From Yuukianura sp. NJ FZ-2021 (Eukaryota), in assembly GCA_046563655.1 (NCBI GenBank), contig CM102290.1, positions 5,208,001 to 5,272,000 on the forward strand: a stretch of DNA of 64,000 nucleotides, given 5' to 3'. Below are positions 50,401 through 62,400 of the stretch, piece after piece. A model generated the notes under the pieces. It searched no databases. It was not told where the DNA came from and worked only from the letters and a program-made list of their open reading frames with translations. The first letter of the stretch is position 1. Every line of letters starts with the position of its first letter. A program made the position numbers and the translations under genes.

Positions 50401-53400
50401 TCTTGACATTAGGTGTAAAAATTACTTGCTGAAGATCCCCTGTCAATACAATGTATGTTGGATCTGTTCTGGCTTTTTCGCAATCCAATTTATACGCATC
50501 GTATGCTGCTTGAGCTAAAAATTAATTTAAAAAAAAAATCATTCAGAAAAACGGAGATTTGTTAAAAAAAAATTGTTATACCTTCTGCGTGATGATCGCT
50601 TTGAAGTTGGGAAGTCTCGTTCGGTAAGGTCAGTGCACTCCATGTCAAAGTTGAGTTTAACTTGTCACAAAGATCGCAAGTATCCAACTTTGGCGATCCG
50701 AATGTCAAACCACATTGTTTGAGCATTCCTCTGTAGAAATGTTCCTCAACTTCTAGCGGAACGGCTTGTGCTCGACATTTTTCTATGTACAAGTTGTACA
50801 TTATTCCCACGTTCAGCGATGGGTCGAGATATTGGCGAGTGGGATCACCATTTGCTCTAGAGTAATGACTTTGGTATGTTGGAAACATTTTGATATGATC
50901 AAGCACAGCGTCTTTTTTAGCAGCGGTTATTTTCTGAGGGCGATTTTCATGCCTACCTCGTCCATCCTTGAGGCATAGGTCACCAGAAATCATTTTCATT
51001 GTAACAGTCCGCAATATCTTTAAACCAATTTTAAAATTGAGAAATGTTGAGATAATAAAATGCTTGCTAAATAATTACCTGTTTTTTCAACTGGAAGAGA
51101 TGCATGAAGCCAATCTTACACATTGCAAGTTTAACTCCATCTTGAAACACGCCATAGTTATACACATGTTCTTTTTTTGGCGGATTTTGCGGAACTTTCC
51201 TCTCCTTTGGGGTGGTCACCTCAATGCATCTTGCGAGAAATGCGTATTTTTTATCAGTTGAGTCCAATGAGATCCAATACTGTTTACAAAGTTCATGTTT
51301 TGTCGCCAGTGGAAGAAGACAACCCTGTTTCTGGCATGGACCACAGATTTTAGGATTCTGTGACGGAAGAATTCCCGGGTGGAAAATACCGCTTCTGGAC
51401 CTATAAGGATTTCCGTTAGCCCGATTCCGTTTTGCTAATTCGTCCTTGTGTTCCAATGGGTTTAACTTCCGTTTGCGTTGGAAGTTAGCCCGGTTAATGT
51501 CGGCCTCCGTCAGCACTTTCACTTTTTTTAAATCCATGATTCGAAAACGAAAAACGAAACTTTTAGCCAACAACGCATTTGAAACAAATTTGCCCCTTGA
51601 TACTTTGAAAACACCGTTTCTACTCGTAAACAACATCATTTAGCGAAATAATTCGCCTTAGAAACGATATAGCCGTTTCTTCGTCTCAACGGCACAATCA
51701 AAAAATGCGTTGCTAAAAACTTTTTGAAAAACACTTTTTACTGAATGAATTTTGCACTTGAAATGTTGAAATTTGTAAATCTGTTTCAAAAAAAGGATTT
51801 TGTTACGTTGCCTGTCGCTTCCGGACTTTTGCTTATGTGCTAAATCTTCCAGAACCAGAACGCGCCTAAGGCGCGTGTGCAAAGCGCATTGTCCAGAATT
51901 GCCATTTCCTGTGAATATTTACAGGAAATGACAAAAGCCGCTCGTGTTTTAGCTGCTTCCTGTTGCTTTCACTCTCAAATCTGCTGGTTTTGGGTAACTG
52001 AATTACAGTTTCAAAGTTCAAACTGTCACTGCAATCTCTTTCTCCTCACTTATTCATCACCGACTCAAACAAAGCAATATTGAACTCCCGTTTTTCAAAT
52101 TTCCAGGTTTCAAAATTTTGAACTTTCATAAAAACAAACGTCATTTCATTCAAAGTCAACAAAGAGAGTGGAGGCGTTCATGGAATTTCTCAAAATCTAT
52201 AAACTTTTGTTCAAAACAAGAAAAAGCTTTCACACGCTTTCGCTCCAAGCTTCAAGCCCACAAACATTGGTAAAGTTTCACACTTTTTAAAGTTTTTCAA
52301 ACGTAAAATTTTTTTAAAGTTTTTTTTTTGAAAATTGTCTCACCGAGTAGATTGAGTAGACAAATGGATTGTACGTAGAACTTGACATTGCAAGCCAGTG
52401 AAAGCAAAACCAAATGATGTTGATGTACTGGTAACTATGTTTCAAAGGAAAAATTTAATGAATTAGACACTTCTAATATTTGAAACTACTTTTAGTCTTA
52501 GTTTTTAGCACTTTTAGTATACTGTACTCTTAGTTTATAGTACTTTTAGTTTAGTATTGCGGTAAAAGGCGCTGGATTTATGAAATTGAATTAATAATGG
52601 AAGCACTTTCTCTGGAGTCAAACCAAAATCCGCGCCTTAGTCCAAAGAGGTGCAATGCGCGCTATAAGCGCGAAAATGACTCTGTGGTCTGCTCTTGTTC
52701 CAATTAAATTCCTGAAACGGAGTCCACGAACTTAACCATAAGCTCCACACATACATTTACTCGCTCCATTTCCATTTTGACCTTAAGACTCTAAATTGCA
52801 GCCTCCAAGTCAAAAACATAACAATCCAAAAGAACTAATGTTAATCTCAGCCCCTAATGTTAAACGACTAAAAAAAGACTAAAGATTTTAGTCCTGTGGC
52901 TAAAAAAAGAGTTTGTTAATTGATTTAGTACTTGTTTATGGCGGGTATGAAGGACTGGAGAAAGTTGTAGCTTTGCAAAGGCAACCAACACAGAGCGAAG
53001 ATCAGGACCTAGAAGTGACGTTTCGAAAATAGGCAAAGAAAAGTTTCAAATTTAGTTTCAGTTTTTAAAAAAGTTTCAGAAGCTTCAAAAATTTTGAAAA
53101 GTGAGAAAAGTTAGGTTTCAACTTTTTAAAAAAATGGGTTTTCGAAAAATGTTCCTCTTACCACAACTGTCAGCATCTTGATCACCTGAAAATTAAAAAA
53201 CAAAAATTATTAAAAAGTCAAACAAAACAAAACATAACCTAAAAATTGAACTTTTAAACTTTGCAGTCACTTGTTTCTGTGACCTTTGACCTTATTTTGG
53301 TCACATTAGCCATCTTTTGCTGCATATAACAAACAAAAGATGATGATGACAATGATGATGATGACGATGATGATGATGATGCACATTCCAAGATGAGGCT

Positions 53401-56400
53401 TCAATTGCCGCATCACTTGTCACATCTCACATAAAACTTCATCTTAGCCTCAATTCCCTCATAGTTGGCCCAAATTCCAAAATTTGACAACCCATAAAAC
53501 AATTTTTCGCAAGTTTGCACAATTCGCGAACCGCGAAATTTCGCGTGCAGAATTTTCACGTGTCTTACGAAGAACATGCATGAAGATTAAGTAAGCATTA
53601 AAATTTCAACTCCTTTTGCCTCAAGTGGCGCTGATTTATGGTTTTCTTTATTTCTTTCCACCCACTATGGCGAAGAAATGAAGAAACCACAGTATGTGTT
53701 CTCGGAGTAAGAAAAAAATGGCCCGAGAGAGATTCGATCCCACGACCAACTTTTTTTTTTTGGACGCTGCAGAGAGAAAAGCTTTTCTTTTTGACGGACC
53801 TGGGATCAGTTAAAGCCTTAACGAAGCAGAAGAAAACATGAATAGGCCTTTCGTAAGAAGAAAAGCTAGCGGTTTGTTCTAAAAGCGGAAAGTTAGAACA
53901 CAAAATTTCTAAAACTTAGAACATTTCTGTTCCAAATTGTTTTCTTTTGTGAGCTGCATTGAGTGCAAAGGAAGCGTGAAAGACCGCATTCTCTATCAAA
54001 ATCGCATCATACTACGGGCGTTTTTTTTATTTTTGGAGCCTTCTAGCAAAATGGGCTCAGTTTGTGCTAAGGCAGTTCCATTTCTGCAGGTTTTCAAAGT
54101 TAGCACTGCAGGTCTACAGGAAAAACAGCCTAAAAGTAACAAATAACGCTTCACTAAGCGATTTCCAAAAAGCGGAAATTAGTTTCTCATGAACTAGAAT
54201 TTCTAGCAAGAAGGAAACTATTGATATTTTATGCGGGGCAGTGCTTTAGATACCTGGAAGGAATATTGGCACCAAAATTTGAAAAAAAGAAGAAAATTTG
54301 AAAAAGTTATTTTTTGAAGCCGCTAAAAATTGAGGGAAGAAGGCAATATCCGTTTCTGAATCACAAAACTTGAATAAAAAGAAAGTTAAAAACAAATTTA
54401 CTTGCGATAGAAAAGGAATTGAGAAAACACAATTTTTCAGCTCTAAAAAAATTGAGTAAAAATCAAAGTTTTTTTCTTGTGATGAGAAAAAAAGTTTTTA
54501 AAAGAAAAGTCAAAATTTCTCGACAGCAGAAACGAAATTGAACAAGAATAAAATTTTCTCCGACTTATCAAAAAACTTTAAAAAAAAAGAACAAATTGCA
54601 ACAGCACACAAAAATGTTTTTTTTTTATGTTTTGTTGTGCCTTTTTTTCTTTCGATTTATTTTGATAATTATTGGAATGAAAGTTAACTTTTCGAAACTG
54701 TTTAAAGTGATTTTCTTTTTGAGACGCGTTTTTTAAAGAAAAGTAGTCTGTGTTAAAATGTTAGAAGACACTAACTGTTTTGGAAGTTGCCTTTGTTCGT
54801 TTTGACATTTTGGCCCATGGCCAATAAAGCACAAAAGCTCCATCCGTTCCTATCCAGATCAATTCCTGCCTTCTTTGATGTTTCATTAATGTCCTTCTTC
54901 TGCTCGCTTCCAGCTTCACGATGCTCATGTCACAAAAGCCGACATAAATTTGACGTAGGGACAGTCATAAGACGCACACAAAAGGCTTAAGGACTAAAGA
55001 CAGAATGATCACTTCTGGATCTCTGTCACTTTCAAATAAATCCCGTTGTAAAACGTGTATACGCAAGTAGCGAAAGACTTGTTGACCTTTGACCTACTAT
55101 ACTGCGGAGGGTACAATTACACCGCGGGAACTCGTAGAAAACAGGGCAGAATCAATTTGAAAAAGTTGAGAAATAAGTTGACCTTTGACCTCGGGAAAAG
55201 TTGACCCACCGGCATTGTATTCAACAGTGAACATTTGAGGTCATTAGGTCATCAATAGTGAAAACAAAAATGTTGAGCCCTTTCCGAGATAAATCGTTGC
55301 CGCTTACAGACGGACAGACAGACAAACAAACAAAGTCAATACATAAAGTAGCTTTCGCTACTTAATAAAACCAAAAGCTGTTAAATCCTCAAACTACGCT
55401 CAAAGTCAAGCCTAGGTGTGTCAAATCCTTCCTTCCGGGTTATGCACTTTAAACCGCTAAGTTCAAAAAAAATGTTGTTGTTTTTTTAAATAGGAGCCCG
55501 GTGGATAAGCGAGGATTTACGGTATTCTTAGTTCGTTTACGACCGAGGATTCCCCTTCAAGCGGATGTGCTCCATTTGCTTTTAATATTTTTAGGAGACG
55601 TGCCGACCTTGAGCTTAATTTCGGTAGAGCGAAGACCAAATGAGCATCAAAAATTTAAAGGCTTAGGACCAAATTCAAAAGTGATGTCAGTAAGTTTAGT
55701 CCATGACCAGGAGACTGTTGTTCCAAGTGCCATGTCAATGTGTTCCTTCTAAAACGCTTGTTCAAATATGTCAAAGCGTCTTAGCTCCTTTCTCCTTAAG
55801 AGAAAGCTGAGGTTTAGTAAATCTCACGTTCTCGGAGAGACAATGACACTTTGACACGCTCCCATTTATTGCGAAACTCGTCCGTCCATCGCCATGACAG
55901 TGACAGACAAAAGATGCAGAACTGAGCTGCGCATGTGCCGAAAAGCTACAGTGTTTTCGTGGAAGAGACTTCCATGAAAACAGTTCAAAGGAATCTTTCG
56001 CTCCACGGAACAAATCATCATCATCTGTGTCCTTCCTAAACGGACTCAAGCTACCGTAAATCCTCGGTTATATTGCATACTCTATTTCCGGGCATTTCTT
56101 TACAAAATGTGGGAGATAAATTTGTCGCGAACAAAATGTCGAGGAAAAAACTATGTCGAGGACAAAATGTCGAGGAAAAACTATGTCGAGGAAAAAACTA
56201 CAAGGAGAAAATGTCGAAGATTAAACTACCTCAAACGTAAAGTATCGCCAATCAAATTGTCGCGGACAAAATGCTGAGGACAAAATGTCGAGGACAAAAC
56301 TACGTCTGTTGAGGGTGGAACTACGTCAAAAATAAAATATCGCTAATAAAATTATATGTCGTGGACAAAATGTTCACGACAGACATAAGATCGAAAACTG

Positions 56401-59400
56401 TTTCGTCGACAAAAGGTATTAAACAAAACAAAAGCAGCCTAGTGCCGCTTAAATTGTGCCTACTAAAAGTCGTATGGGAAAAAGTTGGGAAATTTATGTC
56501 TTTCGTGGAAAGTGTTTCGAAATAAGTGTGAGTCTGAGGTTTGCTTACACCTAAAGTGAAAAGGAATTAATTTATGTGATTTCCAAATTTAGTTGGAAAA
56601 ACAAAGAGGTAGTGGTGTTAAATTTGAAAAACACAAACTATAGTTACTCCCTCCATTTTCTCTGACATTTATGCTTTCACTCTTCTCTATGACCACCTTC
56701 CTTTCATCTCTAACACAAAAAACACAAACGAAATCAGATAGCATCGTAGCAGTTTCCCTTTTCATGTTTACCACTATTGTATTTTCGTTTTCTCAAAAGA
56801 GGAAAAACGAGTAGAAGAAAATCACCTTTCTCTTTTTTCATTTTGGAAATGTCACTCTCAGAACTTTTTTTTTACATGAAAAAACTTCTCAAATTTTCGA
56901 TTTGAGAAAAAAGGGATTTTCTTTTTTTCTTCTTTTGTCGGATGTTCGTAAGATTTGATTTATGCATTGAGGTGACATGGATCGTTTAACAAGTGACCCC
57001 GTTGACCTCTATGACCTTTCTTTTGAAAAAAAAAATGCGCCAAATATGAAACCACAAGTTATGACATGAACAAAGGAGGAACAAGTTCTGCGGATGATTC
57101 GACGTGTAATGGATTGGAAAATTGAAATGATACGGAAACGAAAACTTGAAGAATCGTGTTCTGGAAACCGAGTATTTTCACAATTGAATGTACACGAGCG
57201 TGTGGTTAAGCAAAGGCGGTTTTTGAAAAAAAAAGTTTAGAGAGCGGTTATTTTCAAATTCAATTTTCAAAAACGGAAATGAAAAAAAGAGTTTCAAAAC
57301 TTTTTAGGAGTATGTTTTTTAGATCCCGTTGAAAAAAGGTTTGCATAAGCCTCAAGTTTGACTATAAAATTTAAAGCGGCAGGGTTAAGCAAACTCACAA
57401 AAAGTTTGAATAATTAAAAAATGGAACTTGTGTGACTAAAATTTTACCAAAATCTTCAAAAAAAATGTAAACACTGAAACGCTATTGTTTGACTTAAAAA
57501 AAAACATGTTTTGTGAAACTCATGTAAGCGCTGGAGAAACAAAAAGTGGTTTGCTAAGCATTGGACTGTACTCCATAATTTGAAAAATAAATAACCCTCT
57601 GTTTTTCCACAGTTTGGGTTACGTTAGGCTAAATTGCATTAGGTTACGTTAGGCTAAATTGTATTAGGTTACTTCAGGCTAACTTCCATTAGGTTAGTTT
57701 ATTATGCAAGTCCATTTGGGTGTCGTTAGTCTCCATTATGCATTGAATAGAGTATAAGTTTCCATAAGGCGGGTAACGACAAAAGGGAGTCACATGATCT
57801 GGTTTAGACAAAAAGTCCATAAACATAGATTCCCAATTACCAATTCACATGAGACTCCTTTAACTTTCCTTAATCAATACAAAAAAGTTTAAGGAAACTT
57901 TAGTTTTTTCTGAACAAACAAAATTTTGAGTGAAGTTTGCACAATATGCAACTTCGTTGAAACTATCTATCGTGTTTCTTAAAAAGCCATAAGAAATTTG
58001 AAGCACCCTGGAGGTAAAAATTCTAATTTGTCCAAAACACACAACGTAGCAGTTCTTTGAATCTAAAAAAAATTTTTACAGGATGTCCCAAACTCTTTTT
58101 TTTGCCACTTTTTTTTGCCTTTTTCCCAAAACGTCGCAGTTTTTTGCGTTTTCCCAAAACGTCACAGTTTTTTGCCTTTTTCTCAAAACCTTGCCGTTTT
58201 TCGCCAAGTTCTCAAAACCTCGAAGTTTCTTGCATTTTTTTTGAGAATTCTATTTTTTAGGAAATATTTTTTTTTTCAAACAAAGGAGTGTTTTGGCGAG
58301 TGAAGATGATTAGTAAAAGTTACCCGTTTCTTGTTGCGGAGAATGGCTGCGTCTCGAGCATCTTCTGCATTCCCTGGAGCTGGAAGATAAGTCCAGTGAG
58401 GTCGTGTTTTGATTAGGAAGTGTTAATGAGTGAGGTGTGAACTGAAGTGTGACTCACCAGTGGCTCCCCATAGCCTAGTGGCTATCCGAACATAAGCTCC
58501 AGTGATGATGATCAGCGGAAGAAAGTACTGCAGAATGACGAGTCCCAGGAGGTAGTACTTCCGAACGGAGTCACCGAGGCCCACGCTGTCACAGAACGGC
58601 TTCACGCCATCCTTGTCCCGCTTCTCCACGAATCTAAAACAGAATAGACTTTGGAATTAAGCACAAAACTTGTCTTCCGAAACTCATTTCAACTTTTACA
58701 CGCAATGGCTAACGTCAAAATGAATACACTTTTTAATAAATATGTACACCGTGGCTCAAAAGTTTTTACTCGGCAACAAACAAGTATTAATAATAATGTA
58801 CACGGTGGCTCAAAAGTTAATGGTCGGTAAGGAACAAAAGAATCTTAGAAAGAATTTTGCAAAATAATTTGGATTTTAAAAGAAAATGTACACGACGGTT
58901 CAGCATGATTTTGGAGGAGAAAATTTTAAGTCAAAAATGATTTTGGGGCACACAAAGGAAACTTTTTCAAAGACGTAGAAAAGTGAAAAACATAAAAGCA
59001 AACAAGAAATGATTTTGAAGTATTTTAATTTTGGACCACTGTGTACATTTGGATGAGTGCTGAAATGAATAGAGACACAAGTTTAAAGGAATAGGAAGTT
59101 AATAAAGTTTCAAGATGACTCATGAATATTCATTTTTTTTTTGTAAATGTTGAGATTCTGTAAAAGTCGCACTCAATTTTTTTTGTTAGTCCCAGTTTTT
59201 AGATTCTAAAAGACTAGAAAAAAGGACTATGAAGGGAGCCCTTAGGCTCAACCAAAAAAGCTTCGTTCCTCATTCATGTGTTGTTGGAAACTAAAAATTA
59301 ATTAGAACACCTTAAGCCCTTAACCCACAACTTCAACCAAAGAAGGTTTACGTTGTGGCGACCTTCATCAAAGTCATTTTTTAAAAACTTAGTTACTCCC

Positions 59401-62400
59401 TCCACATTCAAAATCTGGTCGGATTTTGGTTACATTAGCACTTTTTTTAGTTTTTCTACTGGTACTAAGTTAATTGGAAAAAACAGAGCGTTTCTATTGA
59501 TTTCTCCGAGCGGGAAAAGAAAAAACGCGTCGTCCTTAACTTTCCAAAATTTCTCCAGGGCTTCCCTTTCATTAGTTGTGTAATCAGAGCCCCAAGTACC
59601 CCCTGGACATAAATCAAAGGGGGCCCTTGAACAAAGACACACGAGTTGCTTCGTTAGTTTCAAAAATTAGGACAAAGTCATTCAAGTGCTACTCATAGTT
59701 GCGTAACCTGAACAAAAGTTTTATGGATAACTTCTTACGGTTTATGGTTCGCCGAGTACTCTAACGGTGACCTTTGACCTTGGCCAGGTCAGAGGTCAGC
59801 TGAGCACCACGCCAAATCTTTTAACAAAGGACTTTTAGCTTTTAGTTGCTTAGCAACTGGATACTTGCCATTTTGTTTTTCGTTTTCCTTTGACGATATC
59901 CTTGGGAATCATAAACAAAGTCAAAGGCTCACACTTTCTTTTCAAGAAAGCACAACTAATCAAAATACCCGCTACTTTTCAAAAAGACAGACAAAAGAAT
60001 ATGACAAGCATTTATGAGATGTCCGTCAACTTTTTTTGCACTCTACAGAACTGTCTTTTTTTCAAAAAAAAAAAACTCAAGCGGAAGTGAACATTGGATT
60101 TATATTTTTTTTTTCAAAAAAGTGACTTTTTCAGGATCCAAGAAGTCTAAAATGGTACTGGCTTGGAAATCACATTGTTGCCGTTGCTGTTGAAGAGTAA
60201 CGTTGAGGCCAACCCCCCCCCCTTGCCTAGATGGGGGGGGGTTTAGGATTTGTGGGGGGGGGGGTTGACGGTTTGGGTTTGAGGCTTTTGAAATTATGGT
60301 AGCAAACCGATAGGATCCGTCATCCTCACCACGAAAACCGCAGGATCATTTCCCTACACAAACAATTCCGGAGCTGGGTTCCAGCGACTTCACTCCAGCA
60401 CATTCCAGTACTTTCCAGGGAATTTGTTCCAGCATCAGGATTTTAGTTACAACAGACTCTTAATTGCAAGACAAAACCATCCATTTCCTCAATTGATTTC
60501 TTCGGGAAGTGGATTTGGGATAGAGTTTAAGTACTTGTTCAAATAGTCGTGGCACAATCAACTAAACAACACAGTTTCAATTTTCAAACTCTGCGGGTAT
60601 TCCCGGGATATCGACATTCGGAATTCTACCATAAAACCTAAACTCATTTTCCCATCCCCAAAACTACTGAAAATGTTGAAAAAAAAACGCTTGGTAGCCA
60701 GCAGTTTACAAAAATTTAGAAATTTTTACCATTTTCTAAAAAAAACGTTTGAAAAATTATGAAAGTTTTTGGCAGGAAGTTTTTGGTCTTCTGTTCCTTT
60801 GTGTTTTTTTGTAAGAAAAAGCGGGAAGTGGAAGGAGTGAATCAAATAATGACAGCGACTAACTACAAAAGTTTGTTCAAAGTGGATTTACAGGTCATCC
60901 TAGATAACTTTTGGGTTAAAAAAAAAGAGTGAAGGGAGTAACTACTTACGTGAAGTCCAGTTTCATTGGAAAGGCCAGGATGCTACTGATGAGCCAAATG
61001 ATGACAATGAAGATGGTGGCCTTGCGCTTAGAAGCTCTAGCGCTCAACGGCTTCAAAACGGCTCTGTAGCGATCCACAGCGATCGCTGCCAGCGTAAAAA
61101 CGCTCACATTGACGCTCAGAACCTGAAAAAGAGTGAGGAAAAATTAGGTCAATTTAGCGACAAAAAAGACGCACATCAATCCTTAAGTTGTTGCTTTACT
61201 TTCTTTTGGAAAAAGTTTTTTCACTCAGCATAAAATCAATTCCTGTCTAAAAAATATAAACCGCCGTATGTATGTAAAAGGAAAACAAAATGAGCCGGAA
61301 GTTGCTCACTTCCGGTCAAACCTAAAAGTCAGACAGACAGACAGACTCGAATAAAAACATAAAGTAGCAAACTACTTTCTCTACTTAATAACCTAACTAA
61401 GCTGACGGCTCAAAGGAAGTACTCCATTGGTTGAATTGAAACAATTCAACTCAAGATTGAGGTTGCATAAGGTTATTTGTTTATGGAAACGTGATGAAAT
61501 GGGTTCATTTCATTCACAAAATTCATTTGACGAGATTAGTTTTTGAACAAGTTTTGAACAGTTTTATTAAATTTTGAAGAACTTTTGAACCAAGAATTTT
61601 GTAGATGACAAGCTGGTAGAGTACCTAAAAAGTAAAGTTTTCCTGGTTATGTTTGTCATGTTTTTGGGTAAGCTGCTTTTCTAGTTTTCTCAACTGAACT
61701 AAACTGAATTAAATTTCGTTTCCCAAAAATTGAGAAAATGGAACTTCAATCTCACAACTCTTGTTTTTTTTCCAAAAAAAAAAAACGACTGCATCAGATT
61801 CGATTTTTATTTAATTACTCAGTCCCTAATCTTCTGAAACTCATTCACGAGAAGCCTAAAAATAGTTTAACTTCATCTAACTTAATTTAAAAATAAAAAT
61901 CCCGTATGGTGGGAAACACACTTATTAAATAGCCAAAGTAGTGCGCTACTTTATGGTTTCCCCCAGTCTATCAGTCTGTCTGTCTGTCTGCTGGTCGGCA
62001 TAACTCTGAAACTACTGGACCGATTGTCAATATGTCCCCACAACTGAATGGTTAATGAATTAATTAATCGGTTTCCGGTTTGACAGGAAGTGGACAACTT
62101 CCATGTCAAAGGTCAAGGTCAAATATTATTTTAAGGCATAATTAAAAAAAATGACATCTACAAAAGTTGTTCATCTCATTGAGGTGAACAACTTTTGTGT
62201 ATAAGTGAGAGGTCAGGATCATCTACACAACACTCGTTAGCCTTCACCCGCTTTAGTATTCATTTCGCTACTTACTTACCGCGTTTATACCGATTTATTT
62301 CCATTTAAAATTTTTTGCTTTTACTTTGATAATTTAGTTCTAAACTGAAAAGGGTTGATTTTAAGCAAATCAGATTTTTCCTTGTAGTCATCCATTTTTT

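Noticed and set aside
49799..51639. Transposase split into three ORFs, suggesting a pseudogene
   Set aside because: The breaks coincide with canonical short introns that restore one frame.
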